Origin: Amoebophrya sp. A120
Lineage: Eukaryota; Protista; Dinoflagellata
Reading direction: 5' to 3'
Length of the DNA: 64,000 nucleotides
NCBI GenBank assembly: GCA_905178155.1
Contig: CAJINV010000005.1
Coordinates: 5,917,754-5,981,753 of the forward strand
Position 1 is the stretch's first letter; every line of letters starts with the position of its first letter. A program made the position numbers and the translations under genes. Shown piece by piece: positions 51,160 through 61,600 of this stretch. The notes below the pieces were generated by a model, which saw nothing but the letters and a program-made list of their open reading frames with translations, ran no database searches and had not been told where the DNA came from.

Positions 51160-53092
51160 ATTGCTTTTCTTCTTGGGGAGCAGGACCAACGCCGATCGTT
51201 GTTCCTGACTCCGGCGGATTTGCTTTCCCCCTTGTTCTTCTACAACTGAGCCTGCGTTGTTCGACGCCTCTTTTGCTTGCACTTGGTCAAGATTTTTAGA
51301 TTTATTCCTCTCTTGTGAAACTACCGGCGGTCTTCTTCTTGCTTGGAGCTCCTGGGCCTGGAACAGGCTCTGGTCGTTTTGCAACTTCTATCACCAGCTG
51401 CTAGTACACCGAAGTCGTTACTCGCTGCAACCGTCGGAGTTGTGGATGACTCGCAAGACAGGACGAGGAAGGTCGCGGGCCCTCGTCGAGGTCGACTTCT
51501 GGCGAATAATTTGTTTGTTGAGGGGTAGCTACTTCTAGCTCTAGACACGACTAGTTGCCGTTTTTATTTGCGGTCTCCGGTGTGATCCTGCTTGAAAAGC
51601 TTACGAAGGATTTGCAAGAGGGACGAGATGGCAACATTGAATCAGAATGTTGCGCAAGTACAAGTATTGTGGATATCAGGATTTAGGAATTAATAGCGGG
51701 TCTTCAGGGACACTTAGCAGGGTGTTCTTCTACTCTGGTGAAGATTCGACTACACAGACAACAAAAGGTCGTATGAACATGAAGAGTTCAATAAATTAGT
51801 CTTGCAAGTAATCGTAAAAAGGATGAAGGCCTCCACGTGGCTCAACGTTGCCAATCCTTGTTGTACGACATTACTTACCACGATGAGGACGAAGAGCCAG
51901 GAACCAACAACCGACATTGATTTTCAACTGGCCGCACGACTTCTAGCTGAGCTACTTTTATTCGCTACCGGTCCAGTAACTGTAGCTGGACGAAAACGCA
52001 GAAATTGCACGAATACCACCGACCACATGGGAGGTAGATGTCAACGACCGAAACGAGAACTAGAGAAGCAGAAGTACAAAAACTCTTATAATGCTCGTCA
52101 CGCAAGCCAGAATGACTTGCTGTACGAACATCCTCTCGTCAGACCGAAAGCGAAAGCACATACATCATTGCAAAACTACCTCCAACCGAGACCGACGGAG
52201 CAAACTACAAGCTCTTTAGGAGCATAGAAGACGTGCCAGATAAAAGTGGATATCCCAAGCCCTGAAACCTAACCTAAACCCTTTCCGGATCGAACTTGTG
52301 CAGCAGGAGAAGGCGTAGATCGAAGGTGAGACGGTCGCGACGACAGTCATCCCGTGCCGGCGGCGGTGGCGGCCTACCTAAACCGAAACCGAGAAAAAAA
52401 CTGCTTGGTGCCAGATAAAAAAAGAATCCCAGACAACGCATTTTTCTATGTTCTCTTTTTATCCTCTCCTGTGAAAGAAGAAGAAGAAGGTGTCCTTTTT
52501 TCATCTGTGAAAACATTTGAGAAACTACCTTTGCGAAACTTCGTAGTGTCATTTTGACCCTATGAGCCCGTCCAAGCAATGGGCGCAGACTTGCCCTGAA
52601 GTAGATGACACGAAATTGAAACTCTGGCTCAGACTAAAGTAGACATATTGCGTTTGCATGAATCGCTATTTCTGGTTAAAATAAGTCTTAAAAGTCACAT
52701 TGATCGATCATTTTACAAAAAATCATTACCATATGGTCTGATGGTCACTATCACTATGTTGATCCGTTTCATCTCTAAGCTATAGCTGCTAGCACCTTGT
52801 TCTTCCTCGGCTCCTACTTCTACTACAACTACTTTACTCTTCTTCAGCTGTTGTTGATGCTCGTCTGACATTTTCCATTCTGCATTCCCTCCTGGACGAG
52901 CCGGATGATTTCTTTTCAAAAAGTAAAAGGGTCAGCAAGTAAAAAGCAAGCCGCCGCGGCAACCACCGATCGCCACCTCTTGCGCGGTAACCACAAAGAT
53001 TGTTCCACCACCGCCCCATACCGTGCCCTCCGCCCGATGAAAACAAGTAAGCGAGAAACAGTCAGCGCACAACGTCAGCCAAACGAGAGAAG

Positions 53093-53326
53093 CCGCGAAA
53101 TTTCAAATTTTTATTTTTATTGAAACCGCGGATCCGCGAAAATTCAAAATTTTGTTTTTTATCGGCCACCCCGCACATCAAAGGCGCGCGACACTGGCGT
53201 GGAGAAGAGAACCCACACACCCGCAGATTTAGTGACTCGGGAATTTGATGCATAATGTTCCAAAGCAACAAAGCGAAATCTCAAAATCAACCACAAACCG
53301 CGGAATTTCAAATTTTTATTTTTATT
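53093..53326. repeat. Three copies of a ~29-bp intergenic motif
   Basis: ccgcg(a/g)aatttcaaatttttatttttatt at 53093 and 53298, with a variant at 53134. Confidence 0.8.
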
Positions 53327-53787
53327 ACGGGGAAATGTCACATGAAATGTTCAAAACAAACCCGGGGCGATAGCTCAGATGTCCTTCGGAGGGAAATGAC
53401 GGTGGAATCCGAGTCCAGCTATCTGGGTTACTCGCCCGCCGCCCGTCCGGGTTCTTGTAACTCGTAGTAGTCCTGCGACGTGAAGACTAAAAACAAAGAG
53501 CTGCTGGCCTGTAGGAAAAAGATCATGACGCAACTTCAGCATGAATGAGAAGAAGACCTTCGATCAGATGCGCATCTTCACAACGGGGCTCAGCCACATA
53601 ATTAACCACTGAATTGAAGCGATTCTCATCCTTACAAATGCGTCTAGTCAACAACAAGCTACTGGTCGCAATAATGATTGTGAATAAGGAACTAGCTCTT
53701 CCCGCCGACGCAACGCCTACGAGCGCGAGCGTCATCCCAGCACCCAGAAGTCGTCCTCCTGCTCTTCCGACTTTTCATGATCCACCG

Positions 53788-56700
53788 CTAGTAGCGTCCC
53801 CGCCCGCTGACGTGATTTTGGTTCATTGTCGGGGTGGAAAAGTCATTCATGTTGACCAGGGTGCCGGCCTGGTTGTTTAACTGGTTGTATTGCGACGTTT
53901 GCGCCGGATAATTCGGGTGGTGTTGCTGCAATTTTTCCCCCGTGTAGAGGTTTCTCGTCGGAAGTCCCGGATTTTTCGCTCCCACAGTCCGGGCGGAGGA
54001 GGAAGAAGAACCTCCTAGTCCTCCCGATGCTCTAGTACTTCCACCACCCGCCTGGTAAAGATTTGAGGGAGGCAGTGGTGGCGTCATGGTTAGACTTGGG
54101 TTCAGATTTGCGTAGTTGATGTAGTCCGCGGAGGTCGTACTCAATTTATTTGCAGATCCCGCTGCCGCTGGAAGGGGCGGAGGGAGGGTTGGCGTCATTC
54201 GTAGCGCTTGATGCGGCTCAATATCGACGTGTAGTTCCTGTCGCGATGATGAAGAACCTCTTTCTTCGTAGAAATTGCCGCCAACACCGTCGCTAGACCT
54301 CCGCGCGGAAGATGAAGTTAGAGCTGCATTGCCATTGGAGGTCGCGTTCGCGGCTGCAGTGTAGCTCCTCGCCGAGTTCTTCAGTTGCTGGTTGTTCAGC
54401 GCGAGGGACCGGTTGAAATTCATCAGCGCGCGGCTGATGTTGGTCTCCGCGATTTCAATTTTTTTCACACACTTCTCGATTTCGGATCTACAGCCCTCCA
54501 CCTGGCTGGACAGTTGTTGGTGCTGGGTAACCAGGAGCAGCGGCCATTTAATCTTTGGAGGCGCAGCAGAAGAGCCGCCGAATTCTTGAAGTAAGTGGCC
54601 GTCCTGTTGAAGCTGCTGTTCTTGTTCCTGTACTCCTACATGTACTGTTGACAACAATTCCTCATCCTCGAGTAAAGGCGCTATGGCGTGCTGCGGAAAC
54701 AAAGCCTCGGCTTCTCCACCGCCAGCTGGGGTTTTTTGGCTGCTGGAGGAGGACGTCATAGACACACTCCGGATCTGAATGCTCGAGGTTGTAGTTACTG
54801 CCGCAGGTGGCATGAGCTCCTGGGGCCTATTCCGAGTTGAAGTCGCAGCGGATTTTTGATCTCCAAGAACGACTTGCTCGCCATTCCTCTTTGACATTGC
54901 TCCTCTTCTGTTCTTCGCATCGACCGGCTCTTCACCCTTCTCTTCTTCCCCCTCCGACCTCCCAGCAGCCTCCTGTGCTCCACCACTAGCTGCACCTGCG
55001 CGCGTTGCTGCATCACCGACAATGAGATGACTAGACGCTGCTGGACCCACGAAATCTTCACTATTGAAGTTGCAAAGCGTGAAAAACTTCACGTCCAGGC
55101 AATCCAACAACTCCTTGATTTTCGCAAAAGCGACCTCCTCGTCCCGATTGATCATTTGTAGCAGCGAGTGGCTCATATGAACTGCAAAAGTATCGTACTC
55201 GTATAAATGCATTACAAATTTCCTCAGCATGAGAAATAAAATGTGTAATGCGGATTTACCTTAACACAGGGATTTGTAATGCATGATTGCAATTCGAGTA
55301 CGATATTTTTGCACAGGATAATTCACCCGTCGCAGCAACTCCGCTAACTTTTCATTAAACGAGTCCTCGGTCTGTTTTATCCGCAGCTGCGTTTTCTGCT
55401 CGACGGAAGCCTGGAACTGCGCCAATGCTGCCTTGGTGCAGATGAAGTCGTCCTCCTGTTCGGAAGGACGGACCGCTGGAGTAGATGAAGTTGTGGCCGG
55501 TCGTGGTGCACCAGAGGGTGGAGCGAATGTCGTCGCGCTAGCTGAAGATGACGAGGAGGAGGAACCACCAGCAGCTGTAGGAGCTGCCAATGCTACTGCG
55601 TCCTCGAGTTTTGCTATTCCTCGAAAATTTGCCACCCTCAACATCCATTTTTTGCATGACAAAAGCAGAATTGGAATTCAATTATCCCCTCCCCCGTGTT
55701 TTGCATGACAAACTGCATGGGGATGGTCATCAATTTTCAGGGAATATTGGCGATCCGTCGGCTGTATTTCGTGTCCAGCATGGCCACAAGCTTATTGAAC
55801 ATGCTGTCGGCAGGGATCATGGTAGTGGGATTGTGACCACCTCCACCTCCGGGTTGCTGGCCACTGCTGGAGGAAGTGGAAGAAGACGATGCAGATGCAG
55901 CTCCGTTACTTGCTAGATCCTGCAGCTGTTCAGCGGAGTTACTTATGCACTTCAAAAACTTTTATCCGAATCCGCCGGTGATGTATGGCCTTGCAAGAAC
56001 AACTCGAAAGCTATTTTTACATACACGACATAAAAAGCTTCGTCTACTTGCCATCAATTCACTTGGAGGTGAAGCCCGTTGTGAATTCCGTTGTGCTGTC
56101 AACATGCTGGAGTTGGTCGCAGGAATAAAGTTTGTGATAAACAAGAGCAGCTTATGTAATAATGATCGATCTCGTGAAGTAGATCATCGTGCTTGTTATT
56201 CTAATCCGGTGTGATCGTCGTTTTTGCAAATGCTTTTCACCACACGGCACGCAGCGGGAGAGAAAAGAAGTAATGCTCCGGATAATTTTCCTCAGTTGCA
56301 CAAGCGGTTCGTCCTCGTATTTGTTTTCCAACTTTTGCAGCTTCTGTTCCAGAAACTGCAGCCGTGACTCGAGTTGCAGTGAGTAATCGTTCAGTTTCAG
56401 AAATCACAAGGGAAAATTTTGTTGTGTCAATCGCATGCGTAGTTTTTTTTTTCTGTCCATCAACATAGCCAAGCGCTGCTCGTGCTTCACGCGCACGCCC
56501 AGCAAGAACACGACATGCTGCTTCCTAGTCCTCTTTAGTCATGCACACTTGACACAATCTCTTTATTTTCCTTCGATATCGAGTTTGCCCGCTCCATGTG
56601 CTCCGCCACGAGAAGGATTTCCTGTGAATTTGTATTTCTTGCTCCTGCTACTTAGCACGATGTTAATATCCCAGAAACAATAAAAACAGCTTGTAGAACC

Positions 56701-58256
56701 AGATGTGCGTTTCATGTTACATCTCTATGCATGACAGGAGGACGCAAAAAAATCGGAAAAGCAGAAAGCTTCTTCTTCTACCTTCGAGGCCGGCATGTAT
56801 TGCTCCCGTAGCGTGGTCACCTCGCGCTCCAATTCTTCCAATCGTGCGTCCCTTTCGTCATCGTGATAAGACTTCTGCTGGTTATCCTCCCTCTCGTGTC
56901 CTGACGAGGTGTCTCGTTCTCGATTTGGCTTGATGTTGTTCGCATTACTCGTAGAAGAGCTGCTGCTAGTGCTCGCCTTGATCTGAAGAAGAAGAAAGAC
57001 TTCACGATGAAATTTGTGATGCGTGACCCACCTATGAAAAGCAAATCTGTGATGCATAAACACGAATGAAGAAAACAAAAATTTATACATATACAATGTC
57101 AATCTTCTTGTGCAGCCGTTCCACCTCCTCGTAGAGCTCCTCAACATGCTGCACCTTCAGGGTATCACAGGAAAACCTTTATCTACAAGAACGACTCTCT
57201 ATCTCTTATTCTTCCGTCACCGTCCCAGCCTGCCACTATACAAATGATGTTTTGTTTTCATATTCACTACGGGAACAAAAACGAAGCCGCCGGAAGCAGC
57301 TCCGCAACTTGTCATGCAAAACCTGCTGCTGCTTCTGCTGCTAAGTCTTCCTCTGCGCAGCTAAGATCGTCACTGATTGTAGCAACTAGCATCACAACTT
57401 CGGCTGAATTGAAGTGGCTGTAACGGGTAAATCTAACGCTGTGATAAGCACACTCCGCATCCAATTTCCGCACGATCCACTCATGCTCAGCTTGCAGCTG
57501 GTCGCAGACGGCATACTGGAGTTTTTCAATACGTGGAACTCATGAATTTCTAAAAATGCAGCATCACAGACTACCTAGTATTTCATTTCCTTGTCGTCTA
57601 GTACTAATTTGTCATGCGCGCCGGAAAGAACGACCACGACATGCAAACAAATCTACTGACCGAATCATCTTCGCGAAACTGGTAAAATATACCAGCTTCC
57701 GATTTTCTTCCCGCAACTGTTGTTCGCTCGCAACGAGTCTCCCAATCCGCTCGTCGGTCAGAAACGTGCTTCGCCCCAGCTGTTGGTGTGCTGTTGCAGA
57801 GGTGGGCGTCGGGGTGGCGGAGCTCGGGGTGCTCCCTGGACCTGCAGCGGATGATCGCAGCACGACCTTGTTTTCGGTCGACATGATGCTTTCGGTGTCG
57901 TAGTTCGTGCACGCACCGTTGGCTCAGACGGGTTTTTTTTGGCAGGCTCTTGGAATATCAACAGGGAGGCACTGTTGTAGTCACGGCCGGATGACGGAAA
58001 TAACGGCTTCACCGTGCTCCTGCTGCAGGGCCCGCAATACGCAGTAGTGTTGACTGTCGCAGAGGAGTGACCGGTGGGCAGATGAGGGGCGCCCTGGAGC
58101 GAAAACTGTGCACAACCACGGGTGCCGGTGCAGCAACAGCTGTTGGTGTAGTTGACCTAGCTCTCTCCCGCCGTAGTACTAGGCCTAGTTCATCTTGCTC
58201 ACCTTCCAACTGCTCCTGTTTCTCTTGAGTTGTTGTACAACGGGCCCTCTAGACAT
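53788..58256 (-). CDS. Multi-exon coiled-coil/low-complexity hypothetical protein
   Basis: Joins RRIA|KLEDA and LRRVN|HSLLQ across introners, and KKIDI|IKAS across GT-AG intron 56983-57094. Heptad-like segments are present. The 5' exons are tentative. Confidence 0.6.
55176..55320. mobile_element. Introner family A
   Basis: Very similar to 36558-36706 and 27118-27265; flanks gctca/attca; removing 150 nt keeps frame. Confidence 0.9.
55615..55746. mobile_element. Introner family E
   Basis: IR tattcc..gaaaatt; flanks tttgc/ttggc; removing 137 nt equals the frame offset. Confidence 0.85.
57163..57446. mobile_element. Possible decayed introner
   Basis: 8-bp IR tatcacag/ctgtgata, no TSD left; removing 289 nt keeps LDAECA|KVQHVEE open. 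Confidence 0.45.
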
Positions 58257-58630
58257 CGTCCTGAGCGCGACAAACGATATTGCGCTCGTGCTTATATGTA
58301 AATGTATGATGTTCTCGTAGATTGATGCACTCACCCGCCGTCCACCTTCATCTGGAGGGACCCACGCAGCACTCATCGTTCTCTCGAATAAGCAGCCAAC
58401 ATCTTCTCCGAAATGTTGAATGTCCTCTCATGAAGAACGGGAACTGAGAAAGAGTGTAGGAGAAGGAACTATTGACCGGATATTGAAAACTGAAACTGTG
58501 TCTTTGCACAGACGAGGGTCGTCGTCGTGCTTCTGCTTTTTTAATTCTCGTTGTGCGTTTTATTGCACTCACAATTAATATTAAACATGATCACCAAAAG
58601 TGGTCCTGCTCGCCGAAGAACGAGGTATTT

Positions 58631-61600
58631 TCAGCGTGACACCGCCGCCCGTTTCAGCCTCTCATCGTGCCTGACCCTCCGTGCCTTTTTCTCCCTTCGC
58701 TTGTCCGCGGCTTTCAGCTTGTTTGCCCGCCAGTTGGTCCACGGCAGGATGCGCTTCAGCCGTTTTCGCAGCAAGAGTCTCTCTACAGCCTGATCTCCAT
58801 GATCTGTAGTGCCGCGGCTTTTGCGAGAGTTTGCCCGCCCGCGGTGAAGAGCGGATAAAGCACCTGCTCTCCCGGATGACGATAATGAGCGATTGCATGA
58901 TCCCGTCAAAGATGAAGATCTGCTCCTGCCACTCCTCGTGATGGTCAGCCGGGGAAGTTTGTAAATGCGGGTAACGAGGAGTGATGTTGGGGTACTAAAG
59001 CTTCTTGCAGATGATGTGGTTCTTTGCGCAAACGAGGGTACGCCGGATGTTGCGCTTGTGCTGCAGCTCGTCAACAACCGTTTGGCGCACAAATCGCTGA
59101 CGTCCAGAATCCAACCCGTTTGGCGGCTCGCTTTCATCATCATACCGACGTGCTTCTCCAAGAAATCACTCCGCATCTTTTGCTTGTCGAGAAGATTGTT
59201 GTGACCCAGCAGCTTATTTTTGTACCTGCTGGAGGCGTGGTAGTTCTTGGCCGCAACCATATAGGCTTGTTTTTTCCGTCTCTCCTTGACGAACCCGAGC
59301 CACTCGTTTTTCAAATGCATCAAAATCCACTTTTTCACAAGGTCCATCGTGTTCAGATTTTGGCACGACGGATCGTGGATGTGAAGGGTTTGAAAGTGCT
59401 TCTTCCGCTGCAGCAGGCTGTAGTTGGAAGTCGTGTTTGATATCGTGCTACGACCCATCGAAAGCAACGATTGCTGATCTCCTGGCTGCTCGCCCCTTCC
59501 ATCCGTGAACAGGTCTAACGGGGATGGGAATCTTCCATTGTCCTGCTCTCCTTCTCCCATCATCCGGACGGTAGATCCGGAAAGCAAGGCTAGCGCACCG
59601 TGCAACACAGATTCGATCTGGTCCAAGGACAGGGATGAGTCAGCGGCTTCCTGATTCACATCGACATCATCCACATCCGGGTTCACCGCGGCTGCCAGTA
59701 GCCTCCTGATCTCGGCAACTACAGGCACCACCCTCTCCTCGGGAACTGCCGCCATTTCGTCGAAAATGTTTTTCAGTGTTGCGCCCAACAAAATATCGGA
59801 CTGCGTTAGCGTCGCAGGGGCTGCAGACGTCGCGGGCAGCTCCAGGAAGCCAGAGCAGCCACTATGCTGCGAAAAATCGTTGGAGTTGGTTCCATTTCGA
59901 TTTCCAGTGCCCATTTCTGCTCTTTCACTCCAACCACCGCTGTTGGAGATCACTGGTAATTTAAACTCCCGAAAAGCCGCTTCCCAGGGGTTCGTGCACA
60001 ATGCGAACTGTTGGCCGCCTCGCGTGCTGTCGTTGTCAGACGTCCCAGGAGGAGACGTTTTTGACCACGCCCCGGATTTCGAGGTGGGCAGATCAAAAGA
60101 CTTCAAAATTGCCCGTCGTTGGTCGGTGGTACACAGGACGATCGAGCGACCAGCTGAGAAAAGAGGAGAGCTTGGTGCTCCACCTGCTCCGGCGGGTGGT
60201 GGTAGTTGTGTAGCTCCTAGTACATCAGCAGGAACAGTTTCAAGAACGCCGCCACCGTTCATCGTCCCAGCAGCACTACTGGATAAACAACTCCCCGCCG
60301 CCAGCAAATACTGACACCGATTGGCGTAGACGTTCAGATCCCTGGGTGGCTGAAAGGAGATGAGGGTCAGCTCTTCCGATGAACTACCATGTGGTCCTAA
60401 AATCTCCTCTGGCGCCAGCTTCACCGTACGCATCACAGCTTCGGTCGTTATCAGCACCTGAATCCGGTTGTTCATATTGTTGTAGCGTGGTCGTTGTATG
60501 GCCAAGCCCACTGATCCCGGCTTGGTTGTCGTCGAAGTCAAACCATCATCATCTTCGCTCGAGCTCATGATTAGGTCCTCACCACCAGCAGCATGATCCA
60601 ATTCGTTCGCTCTCAAATGAAAAAACTGCGACAAAATCTGTTGTCGCCTCGCCAGCGAGTGGTGCAGTAAGCTGGAGGATGCCTTCCTGTTTTGCTCCCC
60701 GAAGAATGACACGTGTTCCCCATGATCTTGATTACCCGCAAGCTCTTTCATCGGAAGCAAAGCCTTCACGCGAAGTTTCGGAGCATAATTTTTCGATCCT
60801 CCATGTTGCCGCTGCTGCTGTAACAGAGGGTGGCTGCACAGCGTTTCGCACTCCTCCGGCGTTCGGGCGAAGACCAAGCATTTTTTTGATTTGCCAAAGT
60901 TGTTTTTGGTGTGGTAATCATACGCGTCAACCTCATCACCTTTTGCGCCATCAGCTGACGCTCCTGCGCCTTCATCTCCCCAAGCGCCACTCTGATGCTG
61001 CAACACCACCTCGAGCAGCCTGGCGAGCACTTGAGCCCGCTCTGCGTAGTCGCATTGGGAGGAAATCGCCCTCGCTTTCTTTTTGTTCTTGTCGGAAGTA
61101 AGTGATCCATTCGTAGCTCCGGAGTTGGAACAAGATGTTGTGTGAGGCAGCATGAGAAACCGGTGGTCTATCCTCGTGCGAAAATCCTCCAAAGTGCAGT
61201 TCGCGGCGGAAACGAGGCTGCTTTGTTCGTCATGCTCGCCAAATGAAGATGCTGTACTCGCATCAGATGTGTCTTCGACATCCAAATACCGTTCCTGTCC
61301 CTGGGACCAGTTCTCATCGCGGCCCGCCTCGGAATGTAGAGGAGAATCTGCACTCTCCAAATCAGGGGATCCTGCTCCTCCCGCACTATAGGCTGTCGAT
61401 CCTGGTCCGAAAACAGAAGCAGCTCCTGTGATCTTCCGCTCCCCGAACGATGCAGGTGTCGCCGCCGAGCAGCGGCCCGCAGTAGCCTTATTCCGAGCTG
61501 ATGTAGAGGAAAGCACGACGTCCTTATGCTCCACCACACTTTCCTCGTTCAGAACCAAGTGATCTTCTTCTTCAACCTCGACAAACGAGCCACCTCTTAC

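Noticed and set aside
55940-56049. 105-nt segment flanked by tactt repeats as another introner
   Set aside because: It is in frame but has no convincing IR and the ends do not fit the rule; left uncalled
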